Assembly: GCA_000151265.1 (NCBI GenBank)
Contig: GG663736.1
Coordinates: 966,149-998,148 of the forward strand
Source: Micromonas pusilla
Taxonomy: Eukaryota
Direction: 5' to 3'
Length of the DNA stretch: 32,000 bases
The position numbers were made by a program, and so were the translations under genes. Shown here in pieces: positions 18,217 through 29,181 of the stretch (positions within the stretch are counted from its first letter, which is position 1; each line of letters opens with the position of its first letter). Under the pieces are notes generated by a model. That model worked only from the letters and a program-made list of their open reading frames with translations. It was not told where the DNA came from and did not search any database.

Positions 18217-19535
18217 TCATACCGTCTCTTCAGCAATCATCTCTTCACTGAAATTATGTACACAGTTTACGAAAAAATCAACTCTTGCTGGATCTTCTTT
18301 GCCCGTGAGACCAGCTCCGAGGTTGGCGATAAGCTTCTGTGGACCAAATTCAGTCAGCATGCGCTTTACTCCGGACTCAATTGCTTTCAAATCCCCCCCA
18401 GTATCTATATGAAGTAAGGCAGGGTCAAAGTTCCCTTGAAGTTGACCAGGTTCTACTCCCCTTGCACTTGCCTCTTCTTGAAGTATAGCACGAGCATCAT
18501 GACCTCGCATCGTCGTGTCGACTGTCATGACATCGTAACCGGCATGTTGAAGATAATGTAGTCCATATGGAGCATCGCGAGTGAATCCAAGAATGGGTGT
18601 GTCAGGATGGCGGGATCTGATCTCAATCGCTATCCGTTCAAGGCAAGGATAAGCAAAGTTGATAAAGTTCTCTTCATCAATATGTTCACACATGGCTTCA
18701 AATACTTGCACCATATGAACTCCGGCGTGAATCTGAGCGTCCAAATAATCAATGACAACAGTTGTCAGCGAATCCAGAAGTAAGCGCGACTCTTTCGGGT
18801 GATCTCTGAGCCAAAGCATACCGTTGCCAGTGTTTTTCTTCGAACTGCCACCAACCATGTAGTAAAGCAATGTCCATGGAGCAGCAGAAAAACCAATGAG
18901 AGGGACGCCTAGATTTTCTTTGTCTATCTGGCGATTGATTTCTTTGATTGCTTCAAGGACATGCCCTAACTTCTTGTGGACATCAACAGAACTTGGCAAG
19001 CGCTCCAGGTCTTCAGGCTTATTCAACGGATTCACCACCACGATTCCCCTTCCACCGGGCATCTCCACGTTAATGTTCATCGCTTCAGCGACGACAAGAA
19101 TATCAGAAAAAAGGATTCCGGCATCTACATTGTACCTTCGAACAGGCTGGAGTGTGCACTCTGCTACATCTTTCGGATCCTTGAGGAGCTCAAGAAAGTT
19201 TTTGTTCTTCACCTTTTTGTATTCATTGTATTCCGGAAGGTGCCGTCCAGCTTGCCGGAATAACCACACGGGAGTGCGGTCAACTTTTTCACCTTTTGCC
19301 GCACGTAGCATGGAGTCATTAGGAGGAGTTGAATTCGCCAGCTTCACAGCGTTACTCCCGGACTGCGCCGCTTGAACACAGTGTTGACGGTCACATAAAA
19401 ACGTTGGATAAGGTGTGAAGATGCCAGTTTAGTATCGAAGAGTAAACCCTACTGTGCAAGCTGGCGAAACTTCCGAGTATGAGTGGCGCTACGAGCGCGA
19501 GGTGCGAACACGGTATGGTAGGAACTTGCACTCAT
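18217..19535 (-). CDS. HEME: Uroporphyrinogen decarboxylase (tetrapyrrole biosynthesis); main exon plus a candidate transit-peptide exon
   Basis: ORF 18217..19347 opens with GTG; the first ATG is at 19311. It encodes [28 protein letters not shown]..., [28 protein letters not shown] and NLGAGL, which are UROD-family blocks along the full length. Candidate exon 1 is 19535-19453 ([27 protein letters not shown], donor GTAGGG). It would splice to an acceptor at 19355, so exon 2 starts at 19354 with a 98-nt intron, in frame. The upstream exon is a model only. Confidence 0.85.
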
Positions 19536-19624
19536 GTCCGTTAGCTAAATAGTCCACTCGCTGCGGATGTCACGCTGAATCGGAACATAAAACTGACTCA
19601 GATAGAACATAAACCATTGTATCA

Positions 19625-19834
19625 TCCGTACGTGTACTATGATCGATATGTATGATAGTACGGAAGTACAGTACATTGTACACGTAACTTTCGAAAGTAC
19701 TTTCGTACCTTCGTACCTTCGTACGCAACATAATAAACGAAGATATGAAAGTATTCTTATTTTCGATACTTTCGAAAGTATGACAAATAAAGGAAACATA
19801 CAGTACACGTACTGTACACGTGTACACGTACGTA
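19625..19834. repeat. GTAC-anchored palindromic module array
   Basis: GTACGTGTAC, GTACGGAAGTACAGTAC, TTTCGAAAGTACTTTCGTACCTTCGTACCTTCGTAC and GTACACGTACTGTACACGTGTACACGTACGTA units. Confidence 0.8.
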
Positions 19835-19846
19835 GATAAACAACTT

Positions 19847-20190
19847 AGATTTCGATATTTAAATATTTTTCAGCTCGCGGAGAAAACAGCGTCGCAGGGC
19901 TGAACGCCGGCATTGGCGCCGCGCCGCGGCACCGCGCCACGGTCATGGCGCGCACGAGACGAAAAAATGGAAGGGAGAGAGGTCGTCCGTGCGTTCCACT
20001 GGATGCTATGAAATTTCAAGCGACGCGGTTTCCGTGAGCGCGAATCTGCTGACTCGATTGCGCGTTTCCGCGCTCCATTTCGTCGCGAGCGCGTAAAAAA
20101 ATATTCCAATCGCAGAAATATATATTGCGCACGATGCGATGGGGAAGCAGTCACGAATGTAATTATAAAAATATTTAAATATCGAAATCT
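19847..20190. mobile_element. MITE-like element: perfect 24-bp terminal inverted repeats around a 296-bp GC-rich core
   Basis: The left TIR is AGATTTCGATATTTAAATATTTTT (19847-19870) and the right TIR is AAAAATATTTAAATATCGAAATCT (20167-20190), an exact reverse complement. The core is much more GC-rich than its flanks. No convincing ORF is present; ORF 19870..20262 looks composition-driven. Confidence 0.45.
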
Positions 20191-20199
20191 ACCTATGTT

Positions 20200-20545
20200 A
20201 CCTTCGTCATACTTTCGTACTTTCGTACTTTCGTAAATAAAGTACGTACATATTTTATTCATATTACTGTAATATCATACTTCCGGAAATAATTCAGGTA
20301 GGGCTTAAAGGGCGTAGTACAGTACTGTATGTCACACCTTCGTAGTTGATAGATACTCGTACACGTACGTGTACACTTTTACGTGTAATAATATGACAAG
20401 TTTGTGTTGTCAAAAATGTCAGACATATTTGTTGCCATACACGCATATTGAATGCTGTAGTAGTAGCTGCGTGTACATTGGTACGGAAGTACGGAAGTAC
20501 TTCCGTACTGTACAACTATGCAGGATAGTACGAAAGTACATCCGT
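20200..20545. repeat. GTAC-anchored palindromic module array (contains a partial hairpin-family copy at 20291-20317)
   Basis: ACTTTCGTACTTTCGTACTTTCGTA, GTACACGTACGTGTACAC and GTACGGAAGTACGGAAGTACTTCCGTAC units. AATTCAGGTAGGGCTTAAAGGGCGTAG matches the arm of the 3465-3590 element. Confidence 0.8.
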
Positions 20546-20742
20546 GCTGTATGTAGGATAAGTTGTTAGTCAATTTATAAAAGTGAACCTGTTAGTTTTA
20601 TGTACACGTACCCCTGTTTTGACACTGATATCAGCCTTCCATGAACGCGCGCGGCTCGAGCGAATCGACGAAACTGACCGGCGCTCGATCGGCGCGAGGA
20701 GTGCCACTTGTAGTCATTAGGGCATATTTAGACTAGGAGGGC

Positions 20743-21048
20743 TACACGTACACGTCCTGTACGTGTAGTTTATTTCCGTACATCCGTACTGTACACGTAC
20801 GTGTACTTCCGGAAGTACGGAAGTATCTATTTCCGCACCTTCGTACCCTACGGAAATAGATGCGTACTGTACACGTACGTGTACTTCCGGAAGTATTCTG
20901 AATCTTCCGGAAGTAAGTTACTTATTCTGAATCTTCGAAGGTATTCTATACCTTCGAAGGTACTTTCGTAAGTTGTTAATAAAATATCTATTTTCGTATG
21001 TGTACAGCTACAGTACACGTACACGTCCTGTACACGTACTGTACACGT
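20743..21048. repeat. GTAC-anchored palindromic module array
   Basis: CTACACGTACACGTCCTGTACGTGTA, GTACACGTACGTGTACTTCCGGAAGTACGGAAGTA (present twice) and CCTTCGAAGGTA units. It underlies ORF 20848..21249. Confidence 0.8.
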
Positions 21049-21199
21049 TCTGCATCTCTGGGAGATTATAAAAATAAAAGGAAGCACCGCGTGTGTCCAC
21101 GTCTCCACCACCGCCGAAACTGTAGCTGTCATACTTCTGTCATCTTCTGGAGGCGTGTCCAAGGAGCGATTTTGGAATCGAAAACTTGAATCATAAACG

Positions 21200-22683
21200 A
21201 TGGGTAAAGGCGGAGATGCATCTTTCGCGTGTAAGGATACGTGCATCAATCCTGGTCGTCAATATACGCAAATCCGTGGTCAGGTGACGACTTCGCTCGT
21301 CCACGCACTGCTTTCATGCAGCCTTAGCCTGTCACCTGCGAACATCAAACTTCACCCAGACTTTGTTGATAATTTTTTATAGCATCACAATTTGCTCATT
21401 ATTGAATCTGCTAGTCAACGCAGGTGTATGACATAACTGACTTTGCTCTGTCGCACCCGGGAGGTGCTCAGCTGCTAGCTCTTGCCGCGGGCAGAGATGC
21501 CACCATCTTGTTTGAGAGCCACCACTTGCGTCCAGACGTGGTGACCAAAACACTCAGCACGCTTCCCAGAGTCAAGGCTGAAATCGGCTTGTGTCCAGAC
21601 GAAACTTTTCCGAAACCCCTCGACTCCCTCGTGTATACGAACATTCAGCAGCGAGTGCGTGCTGAGATCTTGGCTCCACTTGAAAAGGCTCAAGGCCGCA
21701 AAACAGCTGGTCGCGGTGGCTGCCAGTTAGATGTCGCAGCGGTAATCCTATTTTCTCTAGTGGTGTCGTGTTGGTATGTGTTATCGCCCACCATCTTCTC
21801 TGGCTGTATGCTCGGATTTGCGGGCTACTGGGCGGGCACGGGACTTCAACACACGGCGAACCACGGCGGTTTATGTCAAAGTGCAAGGTGGAACGAGTTT
21901 TGGGGTTGGTTTGGATGCGATATTCTACTTGGTAAATCCAGCCTAGAATGGCGTTACCACCACATGGTGTCGCATCACTCCTACTGTAACGATTCACAGC
22001 GAGACCAGGATGTGTACACTTCGTTTCCTGTTATTCGTCTTGATGAGTCTCAGGAATGGTTCTGGTTCCATCGATTCCAACCCTATTACACCCCACTTGT
22101 TTGGCCTCTCCTATATGCTTTCACGCAGATTGGCGATTTCATAAATGTGCTTCTAAGGAAAGCCTCGCCTGGAGTTCAGTACCTCGGAGTGACGAACACT
22201 GAAGTATTATTGTATGTCTTGGGCAAGATATTTCATTTTGCATTCATTTTCGCACTTCCAGCGTATTGCCATGGAGTCTCAAGAGTGTTAGTACCGTTTT
22301 TGGCATACGGCCTAGTTGGCTCGTTCGTTCTTTGCTGGTTTTTCATAGTCAGCCATAATCTGGATGGGTTACAACCGAATCAGTTATCAAAAGGTTCGCG
22401 TGAAGACTGGGGGCGATGGCAGATCGAGACTTCGGCCACTTGGGGAAACAGCTTCTGGTCATTCTTCTCTGGTGGGCTTAACTATCAAATAGAGCATCAC
22501 TTGTTCCCCGGAACTGCTCATAACCTGTACCCCGCTATGCAGTCTATTATTAAGGACGAGTGCTTTAAAGCTGGCATTACATATAATGGTTTTGACGGCT
22601 ACCTGGGCATTTTTTCAATCACGTCAAGGATGTTCAGTTTTCTGTCGAATATGAGCATCAACCCATGTAAGCAGAAGTGCTGA
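21200..22683 (+). CDS. Front-end fatty-acid desaturase with N-terminal cytochrome b5 domain, 2 exons
   Basis: Exon 1 is 21200-21283 (MGKGGDASFACKDTCINPGRQYTQIRGQ, donor GTGACG) and exon 2 is 21424-22683 (acceptor CAG at 21421-21423). The exons join as ..IRGQ|VYDITDFALSHPGG, the heme-binding HPGG motif. His boxes are HTANH, HHMVSHH and QIEHH (the Gln-variant third box typical of front-end desaturases). The total is 447 aa. Regiospecificity (delta4/5/6/8) cannot be assigned from sequence alone. Confidence 0.85.
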
Positions 22684-22769
22684 AGAGAGAACTGTCTATC
22701 TGTTAATTTCGTTTTCAAAACCACCTTTAATTTCAATAAAAATCTGTGTTCACTGAAATGTGTGTCAAA

Positions 22770-25700
22770 CTATGGCTCGTCAATCATGTCCGTAAGCAAC
22801 TGGCGGCAAGTTGATTCTGTTATCATCTGCTGCAAACGGCACAGTACCTCTGCTGGCGGATACTCATGAAGAGGCAGTGCCATAAAATCAGCCAAAAACT
22901 GTCTGACTCGAATGGAATTTTGTGACCGCACTTTTTCTTCAGGGGTTTTTTCCTCTTGATCATCTATTCGCTTCCGCTTCGCACTCTCATCTCCTCCACG
23001 CGGTCCATAGTGCTGATCCAGTGAAGTATATTTTACTTCACTTGTGTTCACCGAGAAATTGTCGAGTTCCGTAGCTTTCTCCTGAGCGATTCTCAGCACG
23101 TCTGCAGGGAACCGCGCGAACTCAGCACACTGAATGCCAAACGACTGATCACAGGCACCTGGCAACAAACGGTAAAGCATCGTAAGCTTGCGGCTCTCCA
23201 TACTTATCTTGGCATCGACATGAAGATTGGAAACGCCTTCGGGGCTCTGAATAGCGGTCAGCTCATGAAAATGTGTTGCAAACAGACAAGGTGCCTTTAT
23301 GTTGTTCGAAATATGCTGTGAAATAGCCCAGGCCAGGCCGAAACCATCGTATGTAGATGTTCCGCGACCGAGCTCATCGATAATGATGAGAGAGGACGAT
23401 GTTGCCGACTTCAAGATCGCCGAAGTCTCTAACATTTCTGCCATGAAAGTGGAGATCCCGCGTAGCTGGCAGTCTCCTGCACCCACGCGGGCGAAAATAG
23501 CATCACGAATGGCGATCTTAGCCATATTACAAGGTACAAAGGAACCAACCTGTGCCATTATTATACAGACACCGACCTGGCGAATGAATGTCGACTTGCC
23601 TCCCATATTCGGACCCGTTATGATCTGGAACCAGCTGTTTCCTTGCTCAAGTTTGCACGTATTCGCAATAAACTGAGATCCCTCTTGCGCTTCAATGCAA
23701 GGGTGCCGACTGCCCCCAAGATATATCTCCCTAGTGTCAGCCTCAAAAATGTTTTTTTTTGCCGTCATAGTTGGACGAACAAACGGTTCTGGCGCCGATA
23801 TCGCCACCTCAGCGAAGCTTGTGAGGACATCAACCTCAGCACATATTGCACTCACATGTAAGAACACATCCGCGAACGAAGATGCTACATCTACGATTCG
23901 TTCAACTAGCTGCCTTTGCTGAGACGCATACATTCTGTCCAGATCAGTCCGCTTACAACTTAGTGCACGCAGTTGCTTATTGGTGAATTTTGTACCATCC
24001 TTCTTCGCCTCAAGGACCTGATAGTTTGCTAGAAGTTTCTTGCGTACAGTCACCTCATCTTTTTTCGTCAACCGCAAATACCAGCCATGCATATTATTGT
24101 GCTCAAGCTTGAGCACCTTGTCCACAGGAGTGCAAAGATCTTCAGCAGAGCTTTCAAAAACTTTGTGAATTTCCTGCGAGGCAGCATCTTTCAATTTCTT
24201 CAGCTTGCCCAGCTCCTCATCGTAGGAGGGAGATACTACATACTCATCAGGAATCCTGTCGAGATCAACTGCTGCTTCAAGTAAGGCCTCGAATCTGCCG
24301 AGGTGTTCCTCGTCATGCAACTTGAGCAGTGCACTTGAGTATCTGCTGCTCATCATCAATCCATATCGGTCTTTCATGCGAACACACACTTCTGCGATGT
24401 GAGGAATCGCAGTAGATGCCTGGTACAGTCGACACAAGTCCAACAGAGTAGCACGGCGACGCTCAAGCTTACGCGTTAAGCGCTCCATATCTGGAAGGGA
24501 ACGCAGGTGAACTCTACGAAGCGTGTCCCTTGCCTCGGGATCATCAACTAAAGCCTCCACAACATCATGCCGACCTGAAATCTCCTCGGCGTCTACTAAA
24601 GGTTGTTTCAGCCATCTTAGAAGCAAGCGTCGTCCCATGGCTGAACAGCACCTATTGAGAAGGCCGTATATACTAAAGCTTCCTGCAGTCTCAGCTGCTG
24701 CAGACGGCGCAGCAGATGAAATAGAGGCTTTCTCTGGTAGAACATTAAGAGCGCGGAGTGCAGAAGAATCTAGTCGCATGTAACGACCGGTATCATGCGT
24801 GACTAGTGTGCACCTCCCATGATTTATTGGGTCCGTTGCTAGCTCAGAAAATCGCAAAACAGCCGCTAGAGTCGCCGCCGCACCTTCCTTTTCGAGGAGG
24901 GAGCGGTGAAGTTCAACCTCTGCAGTTGCTGCTGCTGTACCTGCACTCATTGGTGTTCTTTCAGCGACGAGAAGACGCTCTAGATCGCTTTCCAAGTTTC
25001 GTGAATCAAAATCAGAAGTTCTGCGCCCAGTTGCTAGCGCACCGCACCGCTCAACTATATGCCTGAGCACCTTTCCTTCTGGAGTTGCCATGCTCTCGCG
25101 AGGCATCAAACACTCTTTCGTACCCAGCTGACATATGACTGCCTCAAGGGTGCAGAAATGCTCATCATCCACAAATTCACAGGCCCCAAGTTCACGAGTT
25201 GTCAGGTTTGCGTAAGCAACACCAACCAGACGTTGATCATGTCGGATAGCAATGCGAACAGCAGTGACAACAGGTGTGTCAACCAGTTCACTGGCACAAT
25301 AGAGCTCCTCTTCGAAAGCGCACAGTCTGCCTGGGCTCGCGGTCCGCACTAGTTTCCAACCTTGCCTTGGAGAATCTTCATAAAGTTCAACGCTGCGATC
25401 GTTCACATCAAGGAGGACAGTGCGAATGACCGTCTCAAACATACTGCGATTGAAAGTGACCCCGGGCAACGCAGACTCCCCGTGACCGATGTAGCGCACA
25501 ACAGTGGTGGTATTGTAGAAGTTACGCGCAACGAAGTTGGCATCTTCTCCGTGTACAGAAAAGAACTCTTTGACTTTAAAGATGCGGAGCACGTTCTTGT
25601 CGTCAGGGAGAGACCGGAAGTAGGATATGAAACCTTTCTTGTCGTTCTCTGCTTTGGAAAGACAGCATGAGAGCAAAACTTAAAAGTTTCCAAAAGTGCT

Positions 25701-25804
25701 TTAAAAAAAACGAGTCGCGGACCCAACGAAAAACTCAGGCACATACCGTTAAAACTCAGATCATGAGGTTCATGCGTATGTGCTGACGTCACGATAGCAG
25801 CCAT
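22770..25804 (-). CDS. MSH2: DNA mismatch repair protein MSH2 (MutS homolog), 2 exons
   Basis: The 968-aa ORF 22770..25676 opens with TTG and has no ATG near its 5' end. Exon 1 is 25804-25747 (MAAIVTSAHTHEPHDLSFN, donor GTATGT) and splices to 25651 (acceptor AAAG at 25655-25652, 95-nt intron), in frame. MSH2-like N-terminus: GFISYFRSLP...FKVKEFFSVHGEDA. MutS ATPase blocks: ITGPNMGGKSTFIRQVG, STFMAEMLETSAILK, LIIIDELGRGTSTYDGFGLAWAI and FATHFHELT. Confidence 0.9.
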
Positions 25805-25902
25805 GTTACCTCCCGGTGGTTTCTGTTTCCAATATGCTGCTAACCCTTGCCCTGCTGTGAAGCGGGGGCTGAGGTTGTTTCTCGCAATAAAAGTTGTTTA
25901 TG

Positions 25903-26117
25903 GTACTGTACGTACACGTGTACAGTACGTGTACAATTGTCCGGAGTACTTCCATTCTTCGTTCCGTACGAAAGTACGAAAGTACTTTCGTACGTTCGTA
26001 TTCTATCTACACGTACTCGTACGGGTACATCTGTACGAAGATACCTTCGTACATACAAGCTATCTACCTTCGAAGGTATTAGACATACAGCTGTACACGT
26101 CCGTGTACGTGTACAGT
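25903..26117. repeat. GTAC-anchored palindromic module array
   Basis: GTACTGTACGTACACGTGTACAGTACGTGTAC, CGTACGAAAGTACGAAAGTACTTTCGTACG and CCTTCGAAGGTA units. It underlies ORFs 25803..26138, 25840..26130, 25847..26119 and 25894..26082. Confidence 0.8.
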
Positions 26118-26238
26118 AGGGCTCTTTCAACCTCGTGAAAACCTCCCTCTCAGGGTGCTGTTGATTTAATTTCCATTTACAACGATGAGACTGTTTAATG
26201 ATGTCGCTAAAATATCTTCATACTTTTTACAAAAGTTT

Positions 26239-26290
26239 AACCCTTTAAGCTCCGTCAATTCACTCTAATTCGCGGCGTAAAGAGCTGACA
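26239..26290. repeat. Partial (half) copy of the 3465-3590 hairpin element
   Basis: AACCCTTTAAGCTCCGTCAATTCAC is identical to 3537-3561. CTAATTCGCGGCGTAAAGAGC then follows, diverged from CTAATTCAGGGCTTAAAGGGC. No left arm is present. Confidence 0.75.
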
Positions 26291-26300
26291 GTAGGCTAGT

Positions 26301-26798
26301 TGTACAGATGTACTCTCGAAAGTACTTTTAAGTACACTTTTGTTTTTATACAGGTAAACAACTTACACAATATCTTGCTTGCTTGTAAGTTGCTTCCGGA
26401 AATAGATACGAGTACACGTACGTGTACGTGTAGTGTACGTGTACTTCCGGAAGATAGTTCACAACTTATTAATATTAATATTAATATTTATATTTAATAA
26501 TGTACCTTCGTATACAATAGCTATGTTTCATGTACTCAGTCGAAGTAGTACGGAGTACAACGCGGTACAACGTAGTACTACCAAATCAGGAACCTAGACT
26601 ACACGTAGACACTGGGTCTGCAAGGGTCAACGTGTCAAGTTCAAGATACACGTAATAAGTACGAAAGTACCTTCGTACGAAGGTAGCTGATAAGTTTTGT
26701 ACACGTACAACGCTGTACTTTCGAAACTATTCTAGACTATCTATCGTACACGTACACGTACAGGTACAGTATTTCCGGATAGATAGATACCTTCGTAC
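26301..26798. repeat. GTAC-anchored palindromic module array with AT-rich interruptions
   Basis: GTACTCTCGAAAGTAC, GTACACGTACGTGTACGTGTAGTGTACGTGTACTTCCGGAAG, GTACGAAAGTACCTTCGTACGAAGGTA and GTACACGTACACGTACAGGTACAG units. Confidence 0.8.
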
Positions 26799-26817
26799 CA
26801 GTTGCGCTAAGTCACCA

Positions 26818-27024
26818 AATTACGAGTGACGCCAAATTAATTTGCGATTTTTTTATTCCAAATTCGTATGAGCGTCAGTCAGACGCGCCCCCTCACGTCC
26901 GCGCTTCCCCATGCGCCGCCGCAGCTTGGATTGACCTGAAATTTTGCAGAGCAGCCATTTGCGAATTTAGACACCAGATCTATGCATATACGCCGCGGGA
27001 AAAAGACGGGAATACCGTTTTCGG
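26818..27024. other. GC-rich island with patchy similarity to the core of the 19847-20190 element (opposite orientation)
   Basis: Shared collinear blocks against the reverse complement of 19871-20166: AATTAC..GTGAC, TGCGATT, GAG.TCAG.CAGA..CGCGC..TCACG and CTGAAATTT..CA.AGCA.CC. A displaced GCTTCCCCAT.GC block is also shared. This was judged by eye only, and no TIRs were found here. Confidence 0.3.
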
Positions 27025-27539
27025 ACCATACCTACAAGCTAGATAAGTTTACATACAACTTAGCTACCTCCATCCACAATTAATATAAATAATATCATAT
27101 TAATAATAATATGGAAGTATCATAGTAACAACTTATCATAAATAAAATATATTGTTAGCTGTATGTATGTATTTATGAGTTATTTATGTATGTACAGTAA
27201 CAACTTACAGTTACTATAAAAATATAAAACATGTACGAAGGTAACTTATGTGTACCAAGAATTTTACATAAACCTGCTGCTGTCTGAAAACTTGCGTAAA
27301 ACTGGGCGTGCTCGTGCTAAAGTACGCCACAACATCTTCTTTTATTCGAAGCATGGGGTCATAGCTTCATACGCTCTACCGCGTCAAAGGTCACTCTAAA
27401 AAGGATTCAAATCCATAGTCTATCCCCTGGCAGGCTTTCTGCCATGTTACGACAACTCGACAACTCATCGTCTTGCGTTGCGCGAGTAATCCAGAACCCT
27501 CATCTGTAACCCTTGACAATCCGGAAAAAAATGTCATCC

Positions 27540-28686
27540 TTATTTTCGCTTTTTATGCTCGGAAGAGTCATCTTCATCGTCATCGCTACGCACATCCTCT
27601 GCTGAGCCGCACGTGATAACCTTTATAGCTACTCTGAGCACAAGTGTAAACCAATAAATCTGGAGTGCTAAAAGAACATACAGCAATATGATGCATGTCC
27701 GTCCACCGATTTGCTGCTTCCAATACGGTGCAGATTCTCTGTGAGCTGTCCAAACGACATAGGGGTAAAGTCCAAGCCGCATTATCGCAAAAAGAAACAT
27801 AAAAACCATAAAAAAAAAGTCTGCTGCTGCCTGACATGACTTCTTCCGAGCACCGCCTCGAACATCTCCAACATATTTGAACTGTTTGGCTATATGGAGA
27901 GGAACGTCCGCCGGATCAAGAAGCACCATCACTACCGCGCCAACACGAGTCCAGCCGTATGTATAGGAGAGGCCTATGAGCCAAACTGTAACAAAGTGGT
28001 GCAGTGCCATCTCCCGAAAATCCTTCCGCTTATGTTCAACAAGCAAAGAAACCAGTCCTTGGCCGTAGCGGGCTGCATAGAGGACATAGTAAGCCTTAAG
28101 CGCGTCGGAAATATATATCATTTTTCCAGAATGAAACTCCTTGAACCATAGCGACGGGGTCCAAAACCAATCTTGCCGTGGCACGATTATGGCACCAAAA
28201 CTTGAGAAGGTGAGATAAAAAAACATCTCAAGTGAGCTCTGTTGTGAGTCGTGAGGGGTTGTACGTAAGCTGGTGCGATGTTCAATACGAATGCAATACA
28301 GAAACGAGGAAAGGATGAAGTGACCAAAAGTAGGTGCACCGTGGCAGATTTAGTCGGTACCTGTGCAAACTTTTGTACCTTCGCGCGTGTAGACCACTTT
28401 CCAAGCAATTGTGCAGCTACGGGCTCAACAAAGAATATGCGGAGAGCCCAGTTAAAAAGAAACAGTATGAACGAGAGGAGAAGAAATACCAACACGTCCG
28501 TGTGACCTTCAATGATCGGAGGGCGTAGCTTGGCCTGCTGTGAGAAGGACTGTTCGAACAAAATGAAGACAAGTACATCCGGATAATATTCACCTTAGAA
28601 ACGGTTCCCCGCAGCTGATGAAAGAATGCAGAGATAATCCATTTGGTCTCCGCGGTAACAGTCGACCATCCGGCAATCTTATGCAT
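27540..28686 (-). CDS. LAG1: Ceramide synthase (LAG1/TLC-domain protein), 3 exons
   Basis: Exons 28686-28594 (MHKIAGWSTVTAETKWIISAFFHQLRGTVSK, donor GTGAAT), 28549-28361 (..VFLLLSFILFLFNWALRIFFVEPVAAQLLGKWSTRAKVQKFAQ, donor GTACCG) and 28238-27540 sum to 981 nt, which is 326 codons plus stop. Introns are 44 and 122 nt. The Lag1 motif region is KRKDFREMALHHFVTVWLIGLSYTYGWTRVGAVVMVLLDPADVPLHIAKQFKY. It has multiple hydrophobic spans and an acidic C-terminal tail, SDDDEDDSSEHKKRK. Confidence 0.8.
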
Positions 28687-28837
28687 CGACTTGACTGTGA
28701 GAGAAAGCCAGCTTTGAGCGTAAACTCTGCGAAGATGAAGAAAGGTTTACACAGCCATAATGCAGACAGAGAATCCAGTGACTTTCGACCTTCGATGGTT
28801 TTATGGCTACGTGAGTGCTACATGTAAACGTATTTAT

Positions 28838-29162
28838 GTACACGTACAGTACAGTACGTAGATATCGATAGCTATTAGCGATAGCAGTGCGATAGCTACC
28901 TTCGTAGATAGCTAGCTAGCTACCTTCGTAGATACGTTTAGATAGGCCCGTAATAAATAATAAACGAACGTTGTACGAAAGTACGAAAGTACATGGCTAC
29001 ACGCACATATTCTATTTTACGTACACGCACGTAGTGCATACTGCATAGAGCCTGCATACGTGCATAGAGCATAGCTGCATACTACTCTCGAAAGTACTTT
29101 GAGGTGAAAGTACTTTCGAAAGTACGAAAGTACCTTCGAAGGTACATAGCTACATACGTACA
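28838..29162. repeat. GTAC-anchored palindromic module array with CTAGCTAG-type palindromes
   Basis: GTACACGTACAGTACAGTACGTA, GATAGCTACCTTCGTAGATAGCTAGCTAGCTACCTTCGTAGATA and TCGAAAGTACTTTG..GAAAGTACTTTCGAAAGTACGAAAGTACCTTCGAAGGTAC units. Confidence 0.8.
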
Positions 29163-29181
29163 TAGGTCTACAGCTCTACAC

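Noticed and set aside
19870-20262. 130-aa ORF on the minus strand inside the TIR-bounded element.
   Set aside because: It is an Arg/Ala/Ser-rich, composition-driven peptide that runs out of the element into GTAC repeat. It has no recognisable domain and is too small for a transposase.
23299-25670. Antisense and alternative-frame ORFs inside MSH2, and likewise inside UROD (18896..19375, 18976..19263), Bin3 (30881..31730), the desaturase (21475..21997), CHLI (12769..13227) and TK (4220..4552).
   Set aside because: Each is fully contained in a gene whose sense frame carries strong family motifs. The overlapping frames show no motifs and are typical shadow ORFs.
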